64,000 bases of DNA from a virus, in IMG/VR virus record IMGVR_UViG_3300030329_002830, positions 1 to 64,000 of that record; one strand, written 5' to 3'. The stretch's first letter is position 1; the number at the start of each line of letters is the position of its first letter. Shown piece by piece: positions 54,030 through 63,558 of this stretch. A model generated the notes under the pieces. It had not been told where the DNA came from. It saw nothing but the letters and a program-made list of their open reading frames with translations, and did no database searches. The position numbers were made by a program, and so were the translations under genes.

Positions 54030-56421
54030 CGGCTGCTCCAAGAATTTGCGACAGCATCTGTTGCTGCTGAGCGGGTGGCATGGTTTCCATTGCTGAAAGC
54101 ATCTCAACCATCTTGGGGTCAGAAGCAAACAGCTTCTTTAGTTCACCTATTGCCTGGTCCGGCGGAAGCTGGGAGATCTCCCCGATAATCGCTTGCAGTT
54201 GTGCGTCCTCAGGACCTTCAGCGCCTGGCGGCGGGGCGCCTGGTGGAGCGCCTGGTGGAGCGGCCTGAGCCCCGGCTGGAGCGGGCTGCTGGCCCCCCTC
54301 TTCTTCCTGCTCCTTGGCTTCTTCCTCTGCTTGCGCCAAAAGCTCATCAGGGTGCAAGTCCTTCGGCAGGTCAAACCGCTCAGCAATGACCTTCATGTAC
54401 GACTTGGCAAACAACCCATCAGCGCCTGGGGCCTGAGCGGCCTGCCAGAGCGCAGTGTATGGCTGAAGAAGAGCCACAAGGTTTTGCTGCATTGCCGCAT
54501 CTGTAAGAGGCGTTCTGCCTCCCTCAACAAAAGAGATGTCAAAGCACGCATCGAGGTCGGCAACACTGACCATGACGTTCTCGCCACGCTCATGAAGAGC
54601 GAGTGTCTGCTGGCGAATGGTGATGGCTGTATCGCTCTCAACGGTGGCGCCGAGATTTGGAGTAAGCTCATCGTCAACATACGGCTGCTGTGAGGCGGAG
54701 ATATTATCAACCAGCAATTGCTTGGACTGGGCCTCTTCCTCTTCATCAAGGTCTCGGTCTGGAGTCTGCTCCATGCCGCCAAGAGAGCCGCCAAGCATCT
54801 GTAGCTCTTCATCAGACAAGTCACCCAAGTCAGACTTGCCAGTGATTTTCTCAACCAGGGCCTTGAAGTCATCGTCATTGGTGTCGATGCCGGCCTTCTT
54901 CGCGATGTCCTTGATTCGCTCAACCGTCCAAGGCTCTTCCTTGGCCTCGGGCTCGGCCTCTTCTTGGCCTTCGTCTGGAATCGCGCCGACTTCAGCAACC
55001 CGGGTCTCCTCGTCTTCATACGCCCCACGGGAGTCACCATCGTCCGTCATCGCAGCAATCAAGGCCCGAAGCAGGAGCTTGACCATCTCTGCAAGCCACT
55101 CGTCCTTGATCGTCGCATGCATCCCGAACTCAGACTCGGTGTACATCTGCATAGTCTGAACTTCAAAGGCTGTTGCCTTCGTCACCTGGCCACGCGCCTG
55201 AGGGCTTGTGCCAATCACTCGCTCAAGATCGCGCTCGACCTCCGCAAGATACTTGGCGACATTGGACGAAATGGGTGCCGTTGGAATCGGAAGAATCGCG
55301 TCCGTTAGCGGGCGGTCAAAGTTCTGGTCTACCTGAAGAATCAATCCATCGTGACCCTCAGTCAGGTTTGTCATCTCCTCACCGCTCAAGGTGCCTTTGC
55401 GGGTGACATACTGCCGAGTGTCCTTACGGGTAGCCATCGCCATGAACGACCGATAGGCATTCAACTCGCGAATCTGGGGCATCAGCCGAGATGTCTGAGA
55501 GATTCCGCGAAGCGGAAACTCTGGCTCAGAGTTGAAAATCAGCGGGACGATGTGCGAGGTAGCTGTGCCATCAGGGTTAGCAAACGGCAGCGGGCCCATG
55601 TACACAGGCTTTTTCGATGCAGCGCCCTGGCCAAGTACATATATTTCAAGGCGGCCTTGATAGACGATGTCTGGATTGTCTTCATCTTTAATCGTGTCCT
55701 TCAAGTTGCAAAGCTCAAGCACACGAACGAAGGCTTGCTCATCTGTGTTTGCCTTGTCGTTCTTTCGAACAACAGACTTGCCATCAGCCGTTCCTTGTTC
55801 GGCCAGGAAGTCTATACGGCGTGTGCCCGCAAGGTTTTCAAGACCGTACTCACGCTCAACGTCTGCCTTTGGTCGGTAGTAGACGTGACCACGGAACCGC
55901 TCATCCTCTGCATCGCAAACATCGCTATCAAGAATAATCTCCCACCACGGAATCACGCGCATCCACACGCGGTCAAGGGGGCTGCCAGAGCCAGGAGAGT
56001 ACCCGATCTTCGCACCACAACCAGGGTACAATAGGCCCTGACGAAGAGCAGACATGACCCTTTGATGAATCTTACGAGAAGCAAGCCACCGGTTTACAGC
56101 CAAAGCCGCCTTTGAGGGGTCACCCATACCGGCAGGGTCTGGCCCCATGACTGCACGACTCGCCCGTGGGTACAAGGCTGAAAGGTACGTGGAAAGCACG
56201 CCCCACATCCGGTTGACTTCAACCTCAACATCACTAAGACGCTTGGCTGGACTCGATGCCCGGTTCTTGTTTTGAACAAAATCCCAATACCGAGTCAGGT
56301 ATGTAGACTTGTACAGCGCCCAGCGGTGGCGGTTCTTGCGCATGCTCTTGTCGTGAGCCCGAAGGTGCTCCATAACGACGGAGTGCGGAATCTGATCATG
56401 CTTGTTGTCTGTTTCAGCCAT
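54016..56421 (-). CDS. portal protein
   Basis: 801 aa directly after TerL; RG...KATAFEVQ motif typical of podoviral portals. Confidence 0.75.
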   Translation of the reverse strand: MAETDNKHDQIPHSVVMEHLRAHDKSMRKNRHRWALYKSTYLTRYWDFVQNKNRASSPAKRLSDVEVEVNRMWGVLSTYLSALYPRASRAVMGPDPAGMGDPSKAALAVNRWLASRKIHQRVMSALRQGLLYPGCGAKIGYSPGSGSPLDRVWMRVIPWWEIILDSDVCDAEDERFRGHVYYRPKADVEREYGLENLAGTRRIDFLAEQGTADGKSVVRKNDKANTDEQAFVRVLELCNLKDTIKDEDNPDIVYQGRLEIYVLGQGAASKKPVYMGPLPFANPDGTATSHIVPLIFNSEPEFPLRGISQTSRLMPQIRELNAYRSFMAMATRKDTRQYVTRKGTLSGEEMTNLTEGHDGLILQVDQNFDRPLTDAILPIPTAPISSNVAKYLAEVERDLERVIGTSPQARGQVTKATAFEVQTMQMYTESEFGMHATIKDEWLAEMVKLLLRALIAAMTDDGDSRGAYEDEETRVAEVGAIPDEGQEEAEPEAKEEPWTVERIKDIAKKAGIDTNDDDFKALVEKITGKSDLGDLSDEELQMLGGSLGGMEQTPDRDLDEEEEAQSKQLLVDNISASQQPYVDDELTPNLGATVESDTAITIRQQTLALHERGENVMVSVADLDACFDISFVEGGRTPLTDAAMQQNLVALLQPYTALWQAAQAPGADGLFAKSYMKVIAERFDLPKDLHPDELLAQAEEEAKEQEEEGGQQPAPAGAQAAPPGAPPGAPPPGAEGPEDAQLQAIIGEISQLPPDQAIGELKKLFASDPKMVEMLSAMETMPPAQQQQMLSQILGAAGAPV

Positions 56422-58010
56422 CAGCCTTCACCAAATCTCTTAGCGGCATTGAAAGGATTCCGTCTGGCATAATAACGCTTTGGGCGAAGATGTGGTGCAA
56501 TGTCCGCTGTTGGGAGCGAGCGGCGGTTCCACTCAGCCAACATTAAAGCATCCGCGTGGTCATCATGGTAGCCATCTTGACCTTCAATCTTTCCATTTAC
56601 CTCTCGAATGTGCATAAGCTCTTGCACGGTTGAAAGGTCACACAACTCAAGCGCATCACCATTTACCATTTGGCGCAAATGCGCATACGCCTCTTGCTTG
56701 CTTCCGCGTGAAGTTGTCCAATACTTCGGCGTCTTACTCAAGCCACCAGACATTGTTGTTGCTTCACTCCAGAGCGGAAGACCTGCCTTCCTGAACTCCC
56801 GTAGCACCACCGTGCCTGCGCCGCCGGGGTTGGACTCAACCAGGGCCCTGGCCTTGTTGTAGTGAAGGGCAAGCTCAATGGCCTTGGTAGCGAAAAGAAT
56901 CTCGCCACCCTCGTTCATTGACAAGGTCGCCACTTGCTTTCCATTGGAACTTAGAACTTGCGCAACGGCATAGTCACCACCGTTGCACCAACTCGGGTCA
57001 ACACCAATCGCATACGTTTCGCCCGGAATGGGTCGCTCATAGATGCGGACGTTGCCCTCAATAGGCTTGACGGTCGAAATCAATTGGTTCAGATAGTCCG
57101 AATCGAACCATGACCCGTCAAAGACAGCAAAGCCATCTTCAATGGTCAGTGGATACTCGCGACGGAACCTGGAAATGCCGATACCGTTGACGCCATGAAT
57201 CTTGTCATGACGCCAATAAAGCTGTGGCATCGTCAGTCCATGGTGCTGCGCAAGCTGCCACTCCTCTTCATCAGGCTCCCAACCCTTGGCGGGCTCAAGC
57301 TGGTACGCAAGGTGATCCGACCACTTAAAGAAACGGAACCGGACATTCGGGTCACCATTCCGCTCAGCTTCAATCGCAGCCAGTACCTTCTGGTGGTACA
57401 GGTTTCCGGGGCCATCCGCAGTCGAAATGATGATGGTCTTGCGGTGAGGCCCCTCGTGCATCGTCGAGGTGATTGAAGCCCAGACCTCTTCCGCATTCGG
57501 CCAGAACGCCAACTCATCGGCATGCAGGCGCTGGTACGTCCAACCACGGGCCTCACTCTTACCGCCCGCAGTCATGCATCGGAAACCGGCCATCGTGTCT
57601 TCATAGACCAACTCACGCTTGTTGGACTTACCAACCTTGCGCTTCATGAACTCGGGCAGGGACCGATAGTAGTGCCGGACCCGGCCAAAGATCGCATCAG
57701 TCGACTCGTAGGAATCAGCAACAACAAGACAGCGCACCGGGTCCGGGCACCAGTAGAGGTAGTTGAAGTTGTAGGCAGTGGCAACAGTAGTGTCACCAAT
57801 CTGACGAGGTTTGTAGTGAATCACGGTCTCAGCAGGCGACATGAAGTCCTGCAACGCCAACACCTGCTCAGAGAAAGGAGTATCGAAATACCGCTCCTGC
57901 CCCTTCTCATCTACAATCTTTAGACGACCAATGAACTCTTCTGGATGCGTAGCAAGCTCTTTGAGCTTCTTGCCCTCGTGGGAACCGCCATGCAATCCAG
58001 TGAACTTCAC
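56421..58010 (-). CDS. terL: terminase large subunit
   Basis: KPRQIGDTT, LHADELAFW, ISTADG, IGVDPS...D, VESN, HDDHADALMLA. Confidence 0.92.
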   Translation of the reverse strand: MKFTGLHGGSHEGKKLKELATHPEEFIGRLKIVDEKGQERYFDTPFSEQVLALQDFMSPAETVIHYKPRQIGDTTVATAYNFNYLYWCPDPVRCLVVADSYESTDAIFGRVRHYYRSLPEFMKRKVGKSNKRELVYEDTMAGFRCMTAGGKSEARGWTYQRLHADELAFWPNAEEVWASITSTMHEGPHRKTIIISTADGPGNLYHQKVLAAIEAERNGDPNVRFRFFKWSDHLAYQLEPAKGWEPDEEEWQLAQHHGLTMPQLYWRHDKIHGVNGIGISRFRREYPLTIEDGFAVFDGSWFDSDYLNQLISTVKPIEGNVRIYERPIPGETYAIGVDPSWCNGGDYAVAQVLSSNGKQVATLSMNEGGEILFATKAIELALHYNKARALVESNPGGAGTVVLREFRKAGLPLWSEATTMSGGLSKTPKYWTTSRGSKQEAYAHLRQMVNGDALELCDLSTVQELMHIREVNGKIEGQDGYHDDHADALMLAEWNRRSLPTADIAPHLRPKRYYARRNPFNAAKRFGEG

Positions 58011-58576
58011 TACGCCTCACCAGTTTCAGCGCGCCAAGAGTTCCCGCCTTTGAGGCCAAGGTATTCACGGATCTCGCGCATCTGAGGCTCGTTGTCTTCC
58101 TTCTGCTTGGTGTTCGGCTCAATGCGAACCTTCGAATACTGCCGGAAGGCCCACTCCTCACCCTCGCTCATGCCATCCCGAACACCAGTCCAGAACTGGA
58201 AATCCATCATCTGAAACTCAATGTCACCAATCTCGGTCATGCCCGGAAAGTCGGTGAAGAACCACTTCATGAATGGCTCTCCAAGCTCTACCCAGGTCTT
58301 CCAGACTTCCTCATCGACCGGAGCCCCAGTCCACTTTGGGTTGTGTGACTCACGGAACCACTCCCCACGAAAACACTTGCCGCGCTTGGCCAACCGAATG
58401 GCCAACTTACGAAAGCGCTCCTGGTGCTGGGTGGGTCTGAACTTACGTCCCTTAGACACAAGCCACTCCTCGACCTCAGGATGAAGAATGTGCCCATCCT
58501 CCCCCTGCCTAACCTCAGATGGGCTGGTCCACTTTGCTTTCCATTTCTCATCTTTGGTGTCTGATTCGTCGCTCAT
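58010..58576 (-). CDS. probable terminase small subunit
   Basis: position directly upstream of and coupled to terL; size. Confidence 0.45.
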   Translation of the reverse strand: MSDESDTKDEKWKAKWTSPSEVRQGEDGHILHPEVEEWLVSKGRKFRPTQHQERFRKLAIRLAKRGKCFRGEWFRESHNPKWTGAPVDEEVWKTWVELGEPFMKWFFTDFPGMTEIGDIEFQMMDFQFWTGVRDGMSEGEEWAFRQYSKVRIEPNTKQKEDNEPQMREIREYLGLKGGNSWRAETGEA

Positions 58577-58623
58577 TGCGTCCTCTGCTTGACCGGGGCT
58601 CTTGTTATCTTTACCATGATTCT

Positions 58624-58821
58624 ATGTCTACACAGAACAACAGCACAGATAAGAGCACTCCAGATTGCATTCCACACAGCACGATTGTTGAGTCAATGGC
58701 CAAGGAAGGCCAGAAACTCAACGATCATGTACAGCTTTCATCTCGCGATGAAAAAGCAAAGTATCTCGTGGATATGACTGACTTGTTCCACAAAGAGTGG
58801 AAGAAGACCAAGAAGCCCTAA
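58624..58821 (+). CDS. small hypothetical protein, opposite strand
   Basis: short ORF filling the gap; stop abuts ssb stop. Confidence 0.4.
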   Translation: MSTQNNSTDKSTPDCIPHSTIVESMAKEGQKLNDHVQLSSRDEKAKYLVDMTDLFHKEWKKTKKP

Positions 58822-59234
58822 AACGGGATTTCAGCGTCAGCATTTGAAGAGGAAGACGCAACCGGAGAGTGCCCGTTTGACGGAGCGCTTCGCTGCGACG
58901 TGCCCTCACTTCTGTCACCAAGGAACCTGATTTGGTCTGCAACCACCTCAGTAGCCTTGCGGTCAATGCCAGACTTGTCTTGGAACTCGCGCGTTTGTAG
59001 GCGGCCCTCAATGTAAAGCTGCTTGCCCTTGGAGCAATACTTGGCGAGGTTTTCGGCCTGGCGACCCCAAACCGTGACGGTGTGCCACTCTGTGTGGTCT
59101 ACCCAAGTATCCCCTTCTTTCTTTCGGTCGTTGGTCGCAACACGAACATTGACCACAGCAAAGTCGTTCTTTGTTCTGCGAAGCTCAGGGTCCGTACCCA
59201 AACGGCCAACCAAAATCACCTTGTTTACACTCAT
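58818..59234 (-). CDS. ssb: single-stranded DNA-binding protein
   Basis: MSVNKVILVGRLGTDPELR...TEWH...KGKQLYIEGRLQTR...EIPF tail. Confidence 0.97.
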   Translation of the reverse strand: MSVNKVILVGRLGTDPELRRTKNDFAVVNVRVATNDRKKEGDTWVDHTEWHTVTVWGRQAENLAKYCSKGKQLYIEGRLQTREFQDKSGIDRKATEVVADQIRFLGDRSEGTSQRSAPSNGHSPVASSSSNADAEIPF

Positions 59235-59392
59235 TTCTTCTCACCTTTTAGTATTTCGGAAGCAAATATCGCCACCTTCTGAGCGCGCTTCTTGTCATCT
59301 TTAAGCGCGCCCGGATTCTTTTTTTCATAAGCCCGAAGCTTTCGGGCCAACTTTAGTTGCTGACTTGATGTCAGCTTCTTCTTTTTGCTCAT
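59231..59392 (-). CDS. small basic protein (53 aa)
   Basis: hand translation MSKKKKLTSSQQLKLARK...; ATGA overlap with ssb. Confidence 0.55.
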   Translation of the reverse strand: MSKKKKLTSSQQLKLARKLRAYEKKNPGALKDDKKRAQKVAIFASEILKGEKK

Positions 59393-59395
59393 CAC

Positions 59396-59617
59396 TCACG
59401 CATATTTGAAGGACTTAGCCTTCTCATCCATATCATCTGCATCAATCTTCTCACCTTTATTAGTCAACTTGTCGCCTTTTGCGAGGGCACTTCCCTCTTT
59501 AAGAAGCTGTCCCATAGACTTCTTCTTACTATCTGGAGACTTGCTCTGATCCTTCTTCTTGCGTAGCACGTACTTGCCACCACGAAGTGCCTGTTCAGGG
59601 GTCATTCCTTTAGCCAT
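59396..59617 (-). CDS. small basic protein
   Basis: coupled ORF, Lys-rich. Confidence 0.6.
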   Translation of the reverse strand: MAKGMTPEQALRGGKYVLRKKKDQSKSPDSKKKSMGQLLKEGSALAKGDKLTNKGEKIDADDMDEKAKSFKYA

Positions 59618-60048
59618 CAGACTTCTCCCGATTCCATTGCTTCCTGCAATCTATGGAAAACCAAATCGCGGCCACCTTTTCTCCGGCGCTCACGAAGCTC
59701 ACTTAAAATACCCTCTTGCGTAGCCATCTTATCAGTAAGTGAGTCCCACTGGGATTTCAATGACTTAATCCTTTGGTCGGCTCCAGCCAAACGGACCTTG
59801 TGCGGGAACTCGAAATACTCTTCCTCAACAGCAAGCGTATTGCTTTTAAGTCGGTCCATCTCGGCCATCGCATCTTCATACTCTTTGTCCAGAGCCTGGC
59901 CCTGCGCATCTTCCATCTCTGGACGAAATGACCCAGCCGGTTCGCTCTCGACCACGACTGGCCGGACCTCGCGCGCAGCAAGCGCCACCTTGCCCTCAGG
60001 AAAGGAGAACGACTCCATCAGTTCTATGTCTATTAGATCAAGCGCCAT
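59617..60048 (-). CDS. coiled-coil hypothetical protein
   Basis: coupled ORF. Confidence 0.6.
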   Translation of the reverse strand: MALDLIDIELMESFSFPEGKVALAAREVRPVVVESEPAGSFRPEMEDAQGQALDKEYEDAMAEMDRLKSNTLAVEEEYFEFPHKVRLAGADQRIKSLKSQWDSLTDKMATQEGILSELRERRRKGGRDLVFHRLQEAMESGEV

Positions 60049-60284
60049 TAGTACGAACTGCTAACCTTGTACCCGTGCGGGTTTCCTTTCTTCATCTTCT
60101 TGGCAACCTTACCAACAATCTTAGAGTCACTTGCATGCACCTTGGACGCCTTAGCAAGCTGCTTCGACTGTTTAGCGTGAGCCTTGGATGCCTTAGCAAG
60201 GTTTTGAGAAGCCTTTTTCAGAGCCTTCTTTGGGTCCGTCTTGCCAGACATGTTTTCAGCAAGGTACTTGTCGCTTTCGTCCAT
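60048..60284 (-). CDS. small Lys/Ala-rich protein
   Basis: repeated LAKASKxH; start MDESD overlaps the upstream stop. Confidence 0.55.
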   Translation of the reverse strand: MDESDKYLAENMSGKTDPKKALKKASQNLAKASKAHAKQSKQLAKASKVHASDSKIVGKVAKKMKKGNPHGYKVSSSY

Positions 60285-60598
60285 TATGATTTCACCTTTG
60301 AGCCGCCGCGCCACTGGTAACAAGACCAATACTTTGCGGTCAGCTTGTTCTTTGCAGACTGCTTGTCGCAGCCATGGCGACTTCTAAAGTTCTTGCGCCG
60401 CTTCGGGTCATCCCTACGGATTTCCATCTTCGCATCTCCAAACCGGATGGTCTTTTCTTTGTCTCCCTGCTTAGCGCGAACCACAAACTTCTTCTTACCG
60501 TACCCAGGCTCACCCTTTTTGATTCGCCTGGGACGATTCACGGCCATCTTCTTAATGGCCTCACTTCGCTTGTACTTAGTCGCCATTTTTTGGCTCAA
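60284..60598 (-). CDS. conserved basic viral protein
   Basis: KTIRFGD...DPKRRKNFRSRHGC...AKYWSC..W motif recalled from marine phages; start uncertain. Confidence 0.65.
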   Translation of the reverse strand: MSQKMATKYKRSEAIKKMAVNRPRRIKKGEPGYGKKKFVVRAKQGDKEKTIRFGDAKMEIRRDDPKRRKNFRSRHGCDKQSAKNKLTAKYWSCYQWRGGSKVKS

Positions 60599-60743
60599 TG
60601 CTCTTTGCGGCCTCTACAAGGCGGTTCCACTTGTCTTGGCGAGACTGCTCAATCTCAGCGTCGATGACCTCAAGACCGGCGGCGTTGGGGCGCTCAGGGT
60701 TGCTTAGGACGGCCTTCTTCACTTGTTCAACAATCTTGCTCAT
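60576..60743 (-). CDS. small hypothetical protein (55 aa)
   Basis: GGAGG RBS; hand translation MSKIVEQVKKAVLSNPERP... Confidence 0.5.
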   Translation of the reverse strand: MSKIVEQVKKAVLSNPERPNAAGLEVIDAEIEQSRQDKWNRLVEAAKSIEPKNGD

Positions 60744-61252
60744 CAGTAGCCTCCATACAGTTCGCGCATGTACATCGCATGCTGCCTCATCTGTAGAAGC
60801 TGCGGAGTAGTCATCGCGGCTGCCTGCTCTGCGGGAATGCCCAGTTGCTGGATTAGCCCCATTCGGGCCTGGTTTTCCTGCTGCTCGCGTGCCGCTTCCT
60901 CCAATTGCCTCTGCTGAATAATGCGCTGCTCTCGGAGCATGGGGTCAGTCTCCATACCCAGGCGCACCCGCTCCTCTCGAAGGCGGGCAAGCTCCAGATC
61001 GGGGCTTGCAGGCGGCGCTGTCCCAGCCGCAGCCATCAACGCCTCGGTGCGCTGCGCTATCTCGTTTGGGGTCGGGGCTTGCCCCATAACCGGCGGCGGA
61101 GCCGGGGCTGTCATAGCCCCCTGTAGGATGGCATCAGGAGACTGCTGGGGTGGCGGAGCAGCAGCGGGAGCCTTCACGGGGCCGGATGGTGTTGGAGGAG
61201 CCTGCTGTGGCTTTAGAACAGGCGCGGAACTGACGGGTTTTTGGGTTGCCAT
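60743..61252 (-). CDS. Pro/Ala/Gln-rich protein
   Basis: coupled ORF. Confidence 0.6.
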   Translation of the reverse strand: MATQKPVSSAPVLKPQQAPPTPSGPVKAPAAAPPPQQSPDAILQGAMTAPAPPPVMGQAPTPNEIAQRTEALMAAAGTAPPASPDLELARLREERVRLGMETDPMLREQRIIQQRQLEEAAREQQENQARMGLIQQLGIPAEQAAAMTTPQLLQMRQHAMYMRELYGGY

Positions 61253-61731
61253 TAGATCTTGCCCTCATCCTTAAGTCTATATGCTTCTTGAAGAGATTCA
61301 TACACAGCAAGCTGGCTGGCACTTGGCCTACCTGTGCGTGTCGTAAAGTTCCACGCAGACCCAGGATACATCACAGGCAGCGTACCCTCGTCTTTGAAGC
61401 GCTGAAGGTGCGCCTTGAGGTTTGCATCAAAGGTCTCTTTGTAGTCCTGTTCGTTGCGGAACTGAGACATCATTGACGCCTCAGTCTCACCGGACGGGCC
61501 TTCGAAAAACCCAATAGAGGGACTCTTGGCAGCTTTGCGGGCCTGCATGACATCGTAAGCGTGAATCTCGTCCTGCTCGCGGTAGTCACGAGCCTCCCGG
61601 CCTTCCTTTTCCCGAATCAACTCTTCATCGGTCGGGTCAGGCATAACGGGGCGCCGAACAGAAACATAGACAGGTTCACCAGCCTTGTTCACTCGACGCT
61701 CGTAGTATGTGTGTCCTTTACCCATCAACAA
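61252..61731 (-). CDS. hypothetical protein
   Basis: coupled ORF. Confidence 0.55.
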   Translation of the reverse strand: MLMGKGHTYYERRVNKAGEPVYVSVRRPVMPDPTDEELIREKEGREARDYREQDEIHAYDVMQARKAAKSPSIGFFEGPSGETEASMMSQFRNEQDYKETFDANLKAHLQRFKDEGTLPVMYPGSAWNFTTRTGRPSASQLAVYESLQEAYRLKDEGKI

Positions 61732-61741
61732 TACCGATACA

Positions 61742-62044
61742 TCACATGGTTCCGCGCTGCTTCAAAATAGAGATGACCCGAGAGCGCTCCTCAGCCACAA
61801 GCTTGCGGTACTCTTCCGGTGAGTAGTCATCCAGGGCCCAGCCATATCGCATGTAGGCCAACTCTGTAGCCATCTCACTCAGCAACTCATTGCTCATGCC
61901 ACGACCACCCATGTCGTGACCGCCCAGCCGCTCCTCAGCGCGCCGCATTAATGCGTCCGCATCAATGGTCCCGCTCTGGCGGAACTCGCGCGCAAATTCA
62001 CCCTCAGGGTCAATTGCTGGGGATTGGTCGGGAGCCATGGCCAT
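61742..62044 (-). CDS. hypothetical protein
   Basis: coupled ORF. Confidence 0.55.
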   Translation of the reverse strand: MAMAPDQSPAIDPEGEFAREFRQSGTIDADALMRRAEERLGGHDMGGRGMSNELLSEMATELAYMRYGWALDDYSPEEYRKLVAEERSRVISILKQRGTM

Positions 62045-62788
62045 TTAGAACTCTTTGCCTGGGGGTGCTTCTTGAGCCAGCTTCGGGGCAACACCAACCT
62101 TGCCTGTGCCAGTTCTTTGGTCGTCCGCAACGCCGCTCAGAAAGTCACTGACCTTTTCTTTTCCTTGAAAGTAAAGGTCGGACGGACTGTAGTCGCTCAG
62201 AAAGTCACCGACCTTTTCTTTTCCTCGAAAGTAAAAGTTGACCATCGGCCCTCCTCCTTGACGTTCTCGCGCTCTTCGTAGTCGTTCACGGTCAGCCATC
62301 CCCTCAATCAGCGGGTCTGGGTCAGCCTCGGGCAACAATGTCTCGCCAAGACGATACTCGCTGCCGGGCTTCTCGCGCTCTTCGTAGTATTCTTCAAGCG
62401 TAGACGGCCCAGGGCCTTGGTACTCGACTCCAGCCGGACCTCGATCAAGCGGGCTCTCGACACCAAGATGGTCGGAAATCGCGTCAATCTCGTCCTGAAG
62501 ACGATCATGGCGCTCAATCCGGTGCCGCCACTTCATCAACTCAGCATCATCCGCAGGAAGCGACCGATACTCGGACATCAGACGATCAAGCTGGCCAAGC
62601 AAGTCCGACGCACGCCCCGCAGACATCGACCCAGAGAGCACCTCGTCTTCATCCTCACGCAAGGTTGCTCGTTTCGAGTGATAAGCATCCTCAATAGGTA
62701 GTGGAGCAGCACGCTCCCGCAAGACTGGCTCTGTCGGTGGCGGCGCGCCCTCTGGAACAGGCTTTACTGGTTGCCCACGATCACTCAT
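62045..62788 (-). CDS. hypothetical protein with internal 60-bp-period duplication
   Basis: YFRGKEKVGDFLS / YFQGKEKVSDFLS (62134-62238); GAGGTG RBS. Confidence 0.6.
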   Translation of the reverse strand: MSDRGQPVKPVPEGAPPPTEPVLRERAAPLPIEDAYHSKRATLREDEDEVLSGSMSAGRASDLLGQLDRLMSEYRSLPADDAELMKWRHRIERHDRLQDEIDAISDHLGVESPLDRGPAGVEYQGPGPSTLEEYYEEREKPGSEYRLGETLLPEADPDPLIEGMADRERLRRARERQGGGPMVNFYFRGKEKVGDFLSDYSPSDLYFQGKEKVSDFLSGVADDQRTGTGKVGVAPKLAQEAPPGKEF

Positions 62789-62796
62789 CGCTCACC

Positions 62797-63174
62797 TCAT
62801 GTCGTATAGCGAATACTGTACTTCACGGTCCCGGTCGGGTCCGTCGTGCCCTCAGTGCCGCCAGAACCAGACACCACAGCAGCAAAAAGCGCCACAGTGT
62901 ACGCAAGGCCGTCTGGGTAAGCCACGCTGACCGTCGACGCCGAAAGGCACTTGATGATGTGGTCAGGAGCCGTAGAACCAACCGTAGGTGTGTTCCCCGA
63001 GCCTTGATACAGCTTCAAGTAAACATCCGACTGGTTCCCAGAGTTGTTGATCTCAATCTGGTAAATCGTGCCACCAGAGTCATCAATCTGAGTCACACTA
63101 CTCGCCAAACCCTGACTCTCGGTCGCAACCAGCGTGCCAAGTGGATTTGATACATCTGATTTGAGCAAAGCCAT
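62797..63174 (-). CDS. ~125-aa beta-rich virion protein, paralogue family
   Basis: IYQIEINNSGNQSDVYLKLY...TVGSTAPDHII. Confidence 0.7.
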   Translation of the reverse strand: MALLKSDVSNPLGTLVATESQGLASSVTQIDDSGGTIYQIEINNSGNQSDVYLKLYQGSGNTPTVGSTAPDHIIKCLSASTVSVAYPDGLAYTVALFAAVVSGSGGTEGTTDPTGTVKYSIRYTT

Positions 63175-63183
63175 CTATCGCTC

Positions 63184-63558
63184 CTAAGCAACCACAAGGT
63201 TGACTGTAACTGACGCAGCAGGATCAGTGGTCGCGTCACCGCCCGTACCAGAAGTGGTCGAGCAATTCATCGAAATACCGTTCTGGAAAACAACCCCGCC
63301 TGGGTAATACGCAATCACTCGGCCACCGCCAGCAACCCGAATCTGATGGTCCGGCTTGCTTGTGCCAGCCGTTACCGTCGACGCTGCATCATACAGCTTC
63401 AAGTACACCACCGTTCCAGAGTTCGCGGCGTTGTTGACATCAATCGCGTACACCTTTGCGCCAGCCCCAAAAATGTTGACCTTGGGATCGGCCTCAAGGT
63501 CAGACTCGACGGCCAACTTGTACGAAAAACTTGAACCTGAGGCAATCGATAGCGCCAT
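63184..63558 (-). CDS. ~125-aa beta-rich virion protein, paralogue family
   Basis: VYAIDVNNAANSGTVVYLKLYD...TAGTSKPDHQI. Confidence 0.7.
   Translation of the reverse strand: MALSIASGSSFSYKLAVESDLEADPKVNIFGAGAKVYAIDVNNAANSGTVVYLKLYDAASTVTAGTSKPDHQIRVAGGGRVIAYYPGGVVFQNGISMNCSTTSGTGGDATTDPAASVTVNLVVA

Noticed and set aside
14843-62238. Short tandem repeats at about 14843, 37119, 53260 and 62134 as possible further guide arrays
   Set aside because: Periods of 15, 42, 15 and 60 nt are multiples of 3 and lie in-frame in CDSs, so they are peptide repeats
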